DNA from: Mobula hypostoma
Lineage: Eukaryota
Assembly (NCBI RefSeq): GCF_963921235.1
Contig: NC_086098.1
Coordinates: 310,001 to 374,000, forward strand
DNA: 64,000 nt
Reading direction: 5' to 3'
Shown: positions 23,827 through 36,695 of the stretch, piece by piece
How the letters are laid out: the number at the start of each line of letters is the position of its first letter
Numbering within the stretch: position 1 is the first letter of the stretch
Position numbers and translations under genes: made by a program
The notes under the pieces: generated by a model
Seen by the model: only the letters and a program-made list of their open reading frames with translations
Told to the model about the DNA's origin: nothing
Database searches by the model: none

Positions 23827-24522
23827 TGTTGCAAGGAGCGTAGGGAGTGGACCCAAGTGCAGAACATCGCGTTGCACGTAGGTAGCATTAACACAAGTGT
23901 ATTTATTAACAGTTGCCAGGAAGACCGGAGAGTGAGGATTAGTTGCTTATGTGGACATGAACATTGGATAACAAACTGGAGGTGTCTGGACCCGGAGCTT
24001 GGTCATGGAGCCTGGACTGGGACACGGAGCCTGGACTTGGACTGGAACATGGAGCAACAAAACCAAACAACGACAGACAATTCGTATCTTGGCTCGGAGT
24101 AGCACATGAAGCGGCAAACGGCCGGCAATCACTTAACTGGACATGAAGGGACAGAGTTCCCGACTCGTAGTAGTGGCAAATGGTCAGCAATCCTCAGCTG
24201 GACACGAAAACAACATAATTTGCATCTTGACCTGGAGCAGTGGCAAACAGCCGGCAACACTCAGCTGGACACAAAAACGACAGAATTCGCGAAGCAACCT
24301 CCGGCACTGAAGCAACTTAGAGTCCACTATTCTCGGCAGCCCGTAACGCGCATTGCAGCACTGGCTCAGGTGGCGGTTTTCCCCCCTCTCCCGAGTAGAT
24401 ATAAGCCGGAGTCTTTATGTTGTCTGTTCAGATGAGAATCAGGTGCCTTAATCAAGGAGCCAGGTAAACATGGGGAAAAAGAAATTAAACAAAATGAGGA
24501 GTCAACGGATCGGACCGAGACA
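23827..24522 (-). mobile_element. Solo LTR (696 bp), Gypsy-like, 5-bp TSD
   Basis: TG...CA termini with TSD gttac (23822-23826 / 24523-24527). AATAAA on the minus strand near 23903-23908. Internal degenerate repeats. Confidence 0.85.
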
Positions 24523-25585
24523 GTTACCAATTTGTACTTCCAAGTTTCTGCCTGATAGCTTCATATTTCACCTTACTCTAATTAAACACTCTCCTAACTT
24601 GTTTGTTCCTATCCCTCACCAATGCTATGGTAAAGGAGATAGAAATGTGATCTCTATCTCCAAAACACTCTCCCACTGAGGGACTTGACACCTGACCAAG
24701 TTCATTTCCCAATACCAGATCAAGCATAGCCTCTCCTCTTGTAGGCTTATCTACATATTGTGTCAGGAAACCTTCCTGAACACACCTAACAAACTCCACC
24801 CCATTTAAACCCCTTGCTCTAGGAAGATGCCAATCAATATTTACGAAATTAAAATCTCCCACCACGACAACCCTGTTATTATTACACCTTTTCAGAATCT
24901 GGCTCTCTATCTGCTTCTCAATGTCCGTTACTGTAAAAAAGTCAGTAGAGTTATTGACCCCTTCCAGTTCCTAACTTCCACCCACAGAGACTCAGTAGAC
25001 AATCCCTCCATGACTTCCTCCTTTTCTGCAGCCATGACATTATCTCTGATTAGTAGTGCCACGCCCCCACCTCTTTTGCCTCCCTCCCTGTCCTTTCTGA
25101 GACATCAAAAGCCTGTCAGTCCAAGTAACCATTCCTGCCTTTGAGCCATCCAAGTCTCTGTAATTGTCACATTATAGCTCCAAGTACTGATCCATGCTCT
25201 AAACTCATCCGCTTTATTCATGATGCTTCTTGCATTAAAATAGACACATGTCAAACACTCAGTCTGAGCGCATTGTTTCTCTGTCACCTGCCTATTCTCG
25301 CTCTCACATTGCCTACGAGTTTTCTCTATTTGTAAGCAAACTGCCCCTTCCTCTGTCTCATCAGTTTGGTTCCCAACCTTCAGCAATTCTAGTTTAAACT
25401 CTCCCCAATGGTAAACCTCCCTGCCAGGATATTAGTTCCCCTTGGATTCAAGTGCAACCCGTCCTTTTTGTACAGATCACGCCTGCCCCAAAAGATCATC
25501 CCAATGATCAAGAAATCTGAATCCCTGTCCCCTGCTCCTATCCTTCATCCACACATTTATCCTCCCCCTCACTCTATTCCTATAC

Positions 25586-25718
25586 AACAGGAATTCTGCA
25601 GATGCTGGAAATTCAAGCAACATACATCAAAGTTGCTGGTGAACGCAGCAGGCCAAGCAGCATCTATAGGAAGAGGCACAGTCGACGTTTCAGGCCGAGA
25701 CCCTTCGTCAGGACTCCG
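25586..25718 (-). mobile_element. Solo Penelope pLTR (133 bp) with 13-bp TSD
   Basis: TSD tctattcctatac (25573-25585 / 25719-25731). The sequence matches the PLE terminus at 54972-55085. Confidence 0.92.
25680..25715 (-). ncRNA. Minimal type I hammerhead ribozyme motif, intact core
   Basis: AGUC-CUGACGA-AGG(GUCUCGG)CCU-GAAA-C-GUC^GACU. Stem I is AGUC/GACU, stem II is AGG/CCU, and stem III is the palindrome ACGU. Confidence 0.85.
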
Positions 25719-25929
25719 TCTATTCCTATACTCACTGTTGCGTGGCCAGGGAGTAATCCCAAGGTTACTACCTTTGAAGTCCTGCTTCACAGCTTCTTTC
25801 CTAACTTCCTGTAGTCTGTTTTCAGGACCTCCTCCCTTTTCCTACCTATGTCATTGGTAGCAATATGCACCATGACTTCTGGTTGTTTACCTTCCCACTT
25901 CAGGATATCGTGGACGCAATCGGAAACAG

Positions 25930-28659
25930 CCAGTGAAGGAGTGGAGCTTTGAGGCTTTGACTCGAGAGATTCTGGCAGTTTTGGCAGTTGGTCTCTGCAA
26001 TCAAGTCAATCAAGATTTAAATAGATCAGCAGAAAGCCATTGATTAGACAATCAAGATTTGAATAGCTCAGACTCAGCAGAAAGCAGCTGATTGGGCAAT
26101 CGAGGTCAGGTGACCAAACATTTTGAAAAGCTCAAACACATAAATAGAGGGGTAGCTCAAGTGGAGTGGCCAGTGAAGGAGTGGAGCTTTGAGGCTTTGA
26201 TGAGAAGAGGCGGAGAACAAGCTTGCTTGCAGTTAGTCTTTACAATGCCTCCTGAGACAGTGATGTGCCTCTCATGTGAGATGTGGCAATCTTGGGGGAA
26301 CGCCCCTCTCCCGCAGAGTCACATCTGCCAGAAGCACATACGGCTGGGCAATCTGGAAGACCACGTAAGGAATCTGGAGCAGCAGCTGGATGACCTTTGA
26401 CTCATAAGGGAGAATGAGGCAGTCATAGATGAGAGCTACAGGGAGGTGCACACCTAGGCTGTCGGAAGCAGGTGGTTGGGTGACAGACAGAGGGGGGAAA
26501 GCGAAGGTGAGCGGACAGGTAGTGCAGAGCACTCCTGTAGCCATTCCCCTGAATAATAAGTTTACTGTCCTGGATACTGTTGGCGGGGACGACCAACCAG
26601 GTGTGAGCCATGGTGGCAGGGCCTCCGGCACTGAGTCTGACCTGGTGGTGCAGAAGGGTGGGATGGAGAAGAGGAGAGCTGTCGTCATTGGAGACGCTAT
26701 AGTCAGGGGAGCAGACAGGAGATATTGTGGACGCGAGAAGGACACCCGCATGGTTTGTTGCCTCCCAGATGCCAGGGTCCGGGATGTCTCTGACCGGGTG
26801 CACAATATCCTGGTACGAGAGGGAAAGCAACCAGAAGTCGTGATGCATGTTGGGACCAATGACATAGGCAGGAAGAGGGATGAGGTCCTGAAGTGAGAGT
26901 TTCGGGAACTATGCAGAAGGCTGAAGAACAGGACCTCAAGGGTGGCATTCTCAGGATTGCTGCCAGTGCTTCGTGACAGTGATGGTAAGAATTGGAGGAG
27001 ATGGCAGTTGAATGCGTGGCTGAGGAGTTGGTGCAGGGAGCAGGGTTTTAGATTTTTGGAACATTGGGATCTCTTCTGGAGAAGGTGGGACCTGTACAGA
27101 TTGGATGGGTTGCACCTGAACTCGAGGGGGAGCAATATCTTTGCAGGTAAGTTTGCTAGCATGGTTCGAGAGGGTTTAAACTAATTTGCAAGGGGGATGG
27201 GACCCAGAGCGATAGAGCAGTGAAAGAAGTGCATGGAGTAAACCCAGATCTAACATATAGAGAGGCTTTGAGGAAAGAGAAGCAGAATAAATGGTGTAAA
27301 GGTAGGAAGGTAGAAGGGATGAAGTGTGTGTACTTCAATGCAAGAAGCATCAGGAACAAAGCTGTTGGAAAAGATTCTTAGAGATAGGATCTATGGGCTT
27401 TTAGAGAATCATGGTCTGATCAGGGACAGTCAGCATGGCTTTGTGAAGGGCAGATTGTGTCTAACAAGCCTGATAGAGTTCTTTGAGGAGGTGACCAGGC
27501 ATATAGATGAGGGTAGTGCAGTGGATGTGATCTATATGTATTTTAGTCAGGCATTTGACAAGGTTCCACACGGTAGTCTTATTCAGAAAGTCAGAAGTTT
27601 GGCCAGGTGGATTCAGAATTGGCTTGCCTGCAGAAGGCAGAGGGTTGTGGTGGAGGGAGTACATACAGATTGGAGGATTGTGACTAGTGGTGTCCCACAA
27701 GGATCTGTTCTGGGACCTCTATTTTTCGTGATTTTTATTAACGACCTGGATGTGGGGGTAGAAGGGTGGGTTGGCAAGTTTGCAGACCATACAAAGGTGG
27801 GTGCTGTTTTAGATAGTGTAGAGGATTGTCAAAGATGGCAGAGAGACATTGATAGGATGCAGAAGTGGGCTGAGAAGTGGCAGATGGAGTTCAACCCAGA
27901 GAAGTGTGAGGTGGTACACTTTGGAAGGACAAAATCCAAGGCAGAGTACAAGGTAAATGGCAGAATACTTGGCACTGTGGAGGAGCAGAGGGATCTGGGG
28001 GTACATGTCCACAGATCACTAAAAGTTGCCTCACAGGTGGTTAGGGTAGTTAAGAAAGCTTATGGGGTGTTAGGTCTCATAAGTCAAGGGATAGAGTTTA
28101 AGAGTCACGATGTAAGGATGCAGCTCTATAAAACTCTGGTTAGGCCACACTTGGAGTACTGTGTCCATTTCTGGTCACCTCACTATGGGAAGGATGTGGA
28201 AGCATTGGAAAGGGTACAGAGGAGATTTACCAGAATGCTGCCTGGTTTAGAGAGTATGCATTATGATCAGAGATTAAGGGAGCTAGGGCTTTACTCTTTG
28301 GAGAGAAGGAGGATGAGAGGAGACATGATAGAGGTGTACAAGATAATAAGAGGAATAGATGGAGTGGATAGCCAGCGCCTCTTCCCCAGGGCACCACTGC
28401 TCAATACAAGAGGACATGGCTTTAAGGTAAGGGGTGGGAAGTTCAAGGGGGATATTAGAGGAAGGTTTTCTTTTACTCAGAATGGTTGGTGCGTGGAATG
28501 CACTGCCTGAGTCAGTGGTGGAGGCAGATACACTAGTGAAGTTTAAGAGACTACTAGACAGGTATATGGAGGAATTTAAGGTGGGGGCTTATATGGGAGG
28601 CAGGGTTTGAGGGTCGGCACAACATTGTGGGCCAAAGGGCCTGTGCTGTACTATTCTAT
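25930..28659 (+). mobile_element. CR1 lineage G copy (G1): 5'UTR, ORF1 (~26244-27184), ORF2 with a large internal deletion at ~27360
   Basis: ORF1 has CLSC..CQK, VIGDAIVR, HVGTND and DGLHLN. The EN start (YFNARSIRN) jumps directly to the RT-proximal KLLEKILRD. Confidence 0.88.
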
Positions 28660-28689
28660 CTATCATCCTGGACCCTGGCTTCTGTGAGT

Positions 28690-29050
28690 CAAAAAAGATG
28701 AAGTTAGAGCTAGAAGGTGAAGTGAGGAGAGGAAGAGTACAAGGTGGTAGCTGATAGGTGAAACAAGGAGGAGGGAAGGCTGAAGTAAAGAGCTGTGAAG
28801 CTGATAATTGAAAGAGAGAAAGGGCTGGAGAAGGGGGAATCTAATAGGAGAGTAGAAGACCATGGAAGAAAGGGAAGGGAAAGAAGCACTGGAGAGAGGT
28901 GATGGGCAAGTAAGCAGACAAGGTGAGAGAGGGAAACAGGAATGGGTATGGTGAAGTTGGGGGCAGTTACCAGAATTTTGAGAAATCAATGTTCATGCCA
29001 TCAGGTTGGATGATACCCAGATGGATTTTCAGCATCTGCTGGTTTTTTTG
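28690..29050 (-). mobile_element. Old Penelope-like 3' fragment
   Basis: A purine-rich tract plus tcaatgttcatgccatcaggttgga, similar to 55395-55440. Confidence 0.6.
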
Positions 29051-29242
29051 TTTTTGTGCTGATTGGCCACTATTCAAAGCTCCTAAAAACCGCCATGAGT
29101 CATTATCATTAATAATCGATCAGGAAACCTGAGTGAATTACACCTTATTAAGCTTCTGCTCTCTTTAATTGGCCGCTGCCCAAAGTTCTAAAACACTGCT
29201 ATGAGTTGCTGCCTTTAAAATTCAACTGAACCACCACAAACA

Positions 29243-29303
29243 TACACTCAGCTACCATATTTTTAGGTACAGGACATACCTAATGAAGTGACAACTGAGT
29301 GCA
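29243..29303. mobile_element. Tc1-like mini-element consisting only of two terminal inverted repeats
   Basis: tacactcagctaccatatttttaggta ... tacctaatgaagtgacaactgagtgca forms an imperfect inverted repeat and resembles the TIR at 30010-30030. Confidence 0.6.
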
Positions 29304-30009
29304 TTTCTGACTTCTACGTTACTTAGATGACCAAATGAACAACACAAAGTTCTTCATACAATCCAAATCTCTGCGGTGAAAGATTCATGACTTATCCATG
29401 GCTTTTGAAAGATTATTTTTAACATTCAAGTTTGATCCATATTTGGCTACAAAATAGTTTAATTACCCAATTTTGGGTCAGTGAAATTCATTAAACCATT
29501 TGTGAATTTCATTGAATGTAGTTTGAACTTGATAAAACCTATAGGTAATTACAAGTTTAATGAAGCATAGAACAGATTAAGTGACTCTGCTGTTTGTTTC
29601 CCAGCTGGGACCCTGTTTCACTTTGTACTTATCCTACAGCAACCCTCCTACTACAGTCATTTGGCAATAAATGTATTTAATTAGATTAATGAATTTTATG
29701 CCTTCTCCTTGGAATCAGCTTGTTAATTCCCAACAATGACAGGAAAATACTATAACAGATTTTTCAATATGTCTTTGCAACAACACTATACCAGTGTTTA
29801 TAAATCTGCTTCAGGTGAACTCATTCCGTGTCTCCAGAGGTACTGTCAGGTAGAAGCTTTTCCAATGGTTAAACTGACAGGATTTTGTTCAGTGGTCTTT
29901 CACTCTGCTATTTGAACATCACCCCCACTCACCGCATGAAGAAAACAAGTTACAAAACTTAATTACAAGCAAGTGTTTCTTTATTTTTAAATTCAGTTAA
30001 AATATAATC

Positions 30010-30165
30010 AGCAGCCACTTTATTAGGTACATCTGCTCGTTCATGCAAATATCTAATCAGCCAAATATGTGGCAGTAACTCAATGCAGACATGGTCAAGA
30101 GGTTCATTTGTTGTTCAGACCAAACGTCAGAATGGGGAAGAAATGTTATCTAAGTGACTTTGTGG
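30010..30165 (+). mobile_element. Tc1/mariner transposon 5' remnant (TIR + transposase start)
   Basis: gccactttattaggtaca TIR, followed by ATG GGG AAG AAA TGT TAT CTA AGT GAC TTT (MGKKCYLSDF), which resembles fish Tc1 starts as I recall them. Confidence 0.65.
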
Positions 30166-30179
30166 GTAATTGTTGACCA

Positions 30180-33100
30180 GAGAACATAGAATAGTACAGC
30201 ACAATACAGGCCCTTCGGCCCATAATGTTGTGCCAACCTTCAAACCCTGCCTTCCATATAAGTCCCCATCTTAAATTCCTCCATATACCTGTCTAGTAGT
30301 CTCTTAAACTTCACTAGTGTATCTGCCTCCACCATTGACTCAGGCAGTGCATTCCACGCACCAACCACTCTCTGAGTAAAAGAAAACCTTCCTCTAATAT
30401 CCCCCTTGAACTTCCCACCCCTTACCTTAAAGCCATGTCCTCTTGTATTGAGCAGTGGTGCCCTGAGGAAGAGGCGCTGGATATGCAACGAGGTGCAACG
30501 AGACCTGGGTGTCATTATACACCAGTCATTGAAAGTGGGCATGCAGGTACAGCAGGCGGTGAAAAAGGCGAATGGTATGCTGGCATTTATAGCGAGAGGA
30601 TTCGAGTACAGGAGCAGGGAGGTACTACTGCAGTTGTACAAGGCCTTGGTGAGACCACACCTGGAGTATTGTGTGCAGTTTTGGTCCCCTAATCTGAGGA
30701 AAGACATCTTTGCCATAGAGGGAGTACAAAGAAGGTTCACCAGATTGATTCCTGGGATGGCAGGACTTTCATATGAAGAAAGACTGGATGAACTGGGCTT
30801 GGACTCGTTGGAATTTAGAAGATTGAGGGGGGATCTGATTGAAACGTATAAGATCCTAAAGGGATTGGACAGGCTAGATGCAGGAAGATTGTTCCCGATG
30901 TTGGGGAAGTCCAGAACGAGGGGTCACAGTTTGAGGATAGAGGGGAAGCCTTTTAGGACCGAGATTAGGAAAAACTTCTTCACACAGAGAGTGGTGAATC
31001 TGTGGAATTCTCTGCCACAGCAAACTGTTGAGGCCAGTTCATTGGCTATGTTTAAGAGGGCGTTAGATATGGCCCTTGTGGCTACAGGGGTCAGGGGGTA
31101 TGGAGGGAAGGCTGGGGCGGGGTTCTGAGTTGGATGATCAGCCATGATCATAATAAATGGCGGTGCAGGCTCGAAGGGCCGAATGGCCTACTCCTGCACC
31201 TATTTTCTATGTTTCTATATCCACTCTATCTATTCCTCTTATTATCTTGTACACCTCTGTCATGTCTCCTCTCATCCTCCTTCTCTCCAAAGAGTAAAGC
31301 CCTAGCTCCCTTAATCTCTGATTATAATGCATACTCTCTAAACCAGGCAGCATTCTGGTAAATCTCCTCTGTACCCGTTCCAATGCTTCCACATTCTTCC
31401 TATAGTGAGGTGACCAGAAATGGACACAGTACTCCAAGTGTGGCCCAACCAGAGTTTTATAGAGCTGCATCGTTACATCGCGACTCTTAAACTCTATCCC
31501 TCGACTTATGAAAGTTAATACCCCATAAGCTTTCTTAACTACCGTATCCACCTGTGAGGCAACTTTCAGGGACCTGTGGATATATACCCCCAGGTCGCTC
31601 TGCTCCTCCACACTACCAAGTATCCTGCCATTTACTTTGTACTCTGCCTTGGAGTTTGTCCTTCCAAAGCGTACCACCTCACACTTCTCTGGGTTGAACT
31701 CCATCTGCCACTTCTCAGCCCACTTCTCCATCCTTTCAATGTCTCTCTGCAATCTTTGACAATCCTCTGCACTACCTACAACACCACCAACCTTTGTGTC
31801 GTCTGCAAACTTGCCAACCCACCCTTCTACCCCCACATCCAGGTCGTTAATAAAAATCACGAAAAGTGAGGTCCCAGAACAGATCCTTGTGGGACACTAC
31901 TAGTCACAATCCTTCAATCTGAATGTACTCCCTCCACTCACAACCCTCTGCCTTCTGCAGGCAAGCCAATTCTGAATCCACCTGGCCAAACTTCCCTGGA
32001 TCCCATGCCTTCTGACTTTCTGAATAAGCCTACCATGTGGAACCTTGTCAAATACCTTACTAAAATCCATATAGATCACATCCACAGCACTACCCTCATC
32101 TATATGCCTGGTCACCTCCTCAAACAACTCTATCAGTCTTGTTAGACACGATCTGCCCTTCAAAAAGTCATGCTGACTGTCCCTGATCAGACTATGATTC
32201 TCCAAATGCCCAGAGATCCTATCTCTAAGTATCTTTTCCAACAGCTTTCGCACCACAGAAGTAAGGCTCACTGGTCTATAATTACCCGGACTATCCCTAC
32301 TACCTTTTTTGAACAAGGGGACAACATTTGCCTCCCTCCAATCCTCCGGTACCATTCCCGTGGACAACGATGACATGAAGATCCTAGCCAGAGGCTCAGC
32401 AATCTCTTCCCTCGCCTCGTGGAGCAGCCTGGGGAATATTCCGTCAGGCCCCGGGGACTTATCCGTCCTAATGTATTTTAACAACTACAACACCTCCTCT
32501 CCCTTAATATCAACATGCTCCAGAACATCAACCTCATTCATATTGTCTTCACCATCATCAAGTTCCCTCTCATTGGTGAATACCGAAGAAAAGTATTCAT
32601 TGAGGACCTCGCTCACTTCCACAGCCTCCAGGCACATCTTCCACCTTTATCTCTAATTGGTCCTACCTTCACTCCTGTCATCCTTTTTTTCTACACATAA
32701 TTGTAGAACGACTTGGGGTTTTCCTTTACCCTACTCGCCACAGCCTTCTCATGTCCCCTTCTTGCTCTTCTCTGCCCCTTCTTAAGCTCCTTTCTTGCTT
32801 CCCTATATTCATGAATAGACTCATCTGATCCTTGCTTCCTAAACCTCATGTATGCTGCCTTCTTCTACCTAACTAGATTTTCCACCTCACTTGTCACCCA
32901 TGGTTCCTTCACCCTACCATTCTTTATCTTCCTCACCGGGACAAATTTATCCCTAACATCCTGCAAGAGATCTCTGAACATCGATCACATCTCCATGGTA
33001 CATTTCCCTGTAAAAACATCATCCCAATTCACACCTGCAAGTTCTAGCCTTATAGCCTCATAATTTGCCCTTCCCCAATTAAAATTTTTCCTGTCCTCTC

Positions 33101-33630
33101 TGATTCTATCCTTTTCCATGATAATGCTAAAGGCCAGGGAGCGGTGGTCACTGTCCCCCCCAGATGCTCACCCACTGAGAGATCTGAGACCTGACCCGGT
33201 TCATTACCTAGTACTAGATCTAGTATGGCATTCCCCCGGTCGGCCTGTCAACATACTATGACAGGAATCCGCCCTGGACACACTTAACAAACTCTGCCCC
33301 ATCTAAACCCTTGGAACTAATCAGGTGCCAATCAATGTTAGGGAAGTTAAAGTCACCCATGATAACAACCCTGTTATTTTTGCACCTTTCCAAAATCTGC
33401 CTCCCAATCTGCTCCTCTGTATCTCTGCTGCTACTAGGAGGCCTATAGAATACCCCCAATAGAGTAACTGCTCCCTTCCCATTCCTGACTTCCACCCATA
33501 CTGACTCAAAAGAGGATCCTGCTACATTACCCACCCTTTCTGTAGCTGTAATAGTATCCTTGACCAGTAATGCCACCCCTCCTCCCCTTTTTCTGCCCTC
33601 TCTACCCCTTTTAAAGCACTGAAATCCAGT
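30180..33630 (-). mobile_element. CR1 lineage G copy (G2), 5'-truncated in EN, interrupted by B3
   Basis: ORFs 31207-31860, 31900-32484 and 33256-33639 carry RT/EN motifs. The host gaggcgctgg...tatccactc rejoins. Confidence 0.9.
30481..31218 (+). mobile_element. Young 5'-truncated CR1 lineage B copy (B3)
   Basis: Nearly identical to 53206-53930; tail tttctatgtttcta. Confidence 0.92.
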
Positions 33631-33879
33631 TGGTGCCAAACTAGGTGGTTTGTCACTTTAGGGACATATATTTAATCTGTGTATTGTCGTGCAGCATTGG
33701 ATCCAGAGCAACAATTATTTCATTCTCCTTTACACTTATGTACTGAAGAATAACAATAAACAATCTTGAATTCCAGCAAGATTTATAATCAAATACCCAA
33801 TGAATTCCCATACTTGTAATAGATTTTGAAGATATTAAATGTCAATTACAGTAAAAATTACCCATTGGTAATCACAGAT

Positions 33880-33912
33880 GATCCTCCTCCTCCTCCTCCT
33901 CCCCCCCCCCCG
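33880..33912. repeat. (CCT)n + poly-C microsatellite
   Basis: Read directly from the sequence. Confidence 0.9.
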
Positions 33913-34769
33913 GGGCATAAGCCACTAGCAGTTCATGAGAGTCCTCTACGATGGTCTGATAGAAGGTTGACTGAATCCGTGGCTTCCGCTTTTACTGCAC
34001 AATTTCATACATTTTCCAGGCAAAGGTTCTTCCTCTCCCAGGGATGAGGTTTTTAAGAGTTTCTTTTGGTGTTTCTGTAGCTCTATTCCTCGAGCTTGAC
34101 ATTTCGCAGCTGATCTTGGGACCACACATGGTGGAGTTATAATTTAATTTGGCCGCCTGCTTCTAATTTTCCCTGAATTACCGATGTTTGGAGACCTTCA
34201 GCATTAGACTAAATTTCTTTAGTTTCCTAGATGACAAGACAGGTTCACCTTACTCCCAATGCCAGCTGAAACAATATCTTATGTGACAAAAATGGTGACT
34301 CTCCAAGAATTGTAAACTGTAGTTTATTACTGAATTGGAGGCTAAAAAACTGGTTAAGTAATCATCTAACAAATTCTTCTAGAGGTTAGTACCCATCTTA
34401 GATTACTTGCATCTTCTTTTTGATTAATACTTTCATTATTAACAACAATTTGTTACCTTGAATTTACCAGAACAAATTTTAATGCCATTTTTTGACACTT
34501 TCATTGGTATGAATCACATATGGGCAGAATGGTGGCATAGTGGTTAGCATAACAATTCACAGTGCCAGTGACTGGGTTCAATTCCCACCACTGTCTGAAA
34601 GGAGTTTGCATGTTTTCCCCGTGACCATGTGGGTACCTCTGGGTGCTACGATTTCCTCCCACCATCCAAAGATGTACCAGTTAGTTGGATAATTGGTCAC
34701 ATGGGTGTAATTAGACTGTGTGAGCTCTTTGGGCTGGAATGGCCTGTAACCATAGAATCATAGAAAATC

Positions 34770-35935
34770 CATGTGATCTATATAGATTTTAGTAAGGCAT
34801 TTGACAAGATTCCACACGGTAGGCTTATTCAGAAATAAGCATGGGATCCAGGGAAGTTTGGCCAGGTGAATTCAGAATTCGCTTGCCTTCAGAAGGCAGA
34901 GGGTGGTGGTGGAGGGAGTACATTCAGATTGGAGGATTGTGACCAGTGGTGTCCCACAAGGATCTGTTCTGGGACCTCTACTTTTCGTGATCTTTATTAA
35001 CGACCTGGATGTGGGGATAGAAGGGTGGGTTACCAAGTTTGCAGACGACACAAAGGTTGGTGGTGTTGTAGATAGTGTAGAGGATTGTCAAAGATTGCAG
35101 AGAGACATTGATAGGATGCAGGAGTGGGCTGAGAAGTGGCAGATGGAGTTCAACCCGGAGAAGTGTGAGGTGGTACACTTTGGAAGGACAAACTCCAAGG
35201 CAGAGTACAAAGTAAATGGCAGGATACTTGGTAGTGTGGAGGAGCAGAGGGATCTCGGGGTACATGTCCACAGATCCCTGAAAGTTGCCTCACAGGTGGA
35301 TAGGGTAGTTAAGAAAGCTTATGGGGTGTTAGCTTTCATAAGTCAAGGGATAGAGTTTAAGAGTCACGATGTAAGGATGCAGCTCTATAAAACTCTGATT
35401 AGGCCACACTTGGAGTACTGTGTCCAGTTCTGGTCACCTCACTATAGGAAGGATGTGGAAGCATTGGAAAGGGTACAGAGGAGATTTACCAGGATACTGC
35501 CTGGTTTAGAAAGTATGCATTATGATCAGAGATTAAGGGAACTAGGGCTTTACTCTTTGGAGAGAAGGAGGATGAGAGGAGACATGATAGAGGTGTACAA
35601 GATAATAAGAGGAATAGATGTAGTGGATAGCCAGCGCCTCTTCCCCAGGGCACCACTGCTCAATACAGGAGGATATGGCTCTAAGGTAAGGGGTGGGAAG
35701 TTCAAGGGGGATATTAGAGAAAGATTTTTTACTCAGAGAGTGGTTGGTGCGTGGAATGCACTGCCTGAGTCAGTGGTGGAGGCAGATACACTAGTGAAAT
35801 TTAAGAGACTACTAGACAGGTATATGGAGGATTTTAAGGTGGGGGCTTATATGGGAGGCAGGGTTTAAGGGTCGGCACAACATTGTGGGCCGAAGGGCCT
35901 GTACTGTGCTGTACTATTCTATGTTCTATGTTCTA
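34770..35935 (+). mobile_element. 5'-truncated CR1 lineage G copy (G3) inserted in the tail of A3
   Basis: RT ORF at 34903-35868 and a (ttctatg)n tail. Confidence 0.9.
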
Positions 35936-36695
35936 TAGCCCAATACAGGCCCTTCGGCCCACAATGCTGTGATGAACATGTACTTAATTTAGAAATTACC
36001 TCGGGTTACCAATAGCTCTCTATTTTTCTAAGCTCCATGTACCTATCCAGGAGCCTCTTAAAAGACCCTATCGTATCTCTCTCCACCACCGTCACTGGCA
36101 GCCCATTCCACGCACTCACCACTCTCTGCGTAAAAAAACTTACTCCTGACATCTCCTCTGTACCTAGTTCCAAGCACCTTAAAACTGTGCCCTCTCGTGT
36201 TAGCCATTTGAGCCCTGGGAAAAAGCCTCTGACAATCCACACAATAAATGCCTCTCATCATCTTATACAGCTCTATCAGGTCATCTCTCATCCTCCACCG
36301 GTCCAAGGAGAAAAGGCCAAGTTCTCTCAACCTATTCTCATAAGGCATGCTCCCCAATCCAGGCAACATCCTTGCAAATCTCCTTTGCACCCTTTCTGTA
36401 GTTTCCACATCTTTCCTGTAGTGAGGTGAACAGAACTGAGCACAGCACTCCAAGTGGGGTCTGACCAGGCTCCTTTAAAGCTGTAATATTACCTCTCGGC
36501 TCTTAAACTCAAACCCACGTTGATGAAGGCCAATGCACTGAATGCCTTCTTAACCACAGGGTCAACCTGCGTAGCAGCTTTGAGTGTCCAATGGACATGG
36601 ATCCCAAGATCCCTCTGATCCTCCACACTGCCGAGAGTCTTACCATTAATACTATATTCTGCCATCATATTTGACCTACCAAAATGAACCACGTC

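Larger units (their letters stand above)
18525..25930 (-). mobile_element. CR1 lineage A copy (A2), degraded, interrupted by F1, a solo LTR and a solo pLTR
   Basis: Tail gaaacatagaaaacc. RT at 18600-19910, EN at 24530-25250, ORF1 end at 25390-25930. Collinear with 60655-64000. Confidence 0.85.

Noticed and set aside
29843..29880. ctgtcag...ctgacag inverted repeat as an ncRNA
   Set aside because: The stem is short and I recognise no family motif.
30406..31128. 240-aa ORF as a new gene
   Set aside because: It is a chance read-through from antisense G2 into the B3 fragment, with no RT catalytic core and no promoter.
34522..34600. tRNA gene
   Set aside because: The A/B boxes belong to a SINE head, and there is no complete cloverleaf.
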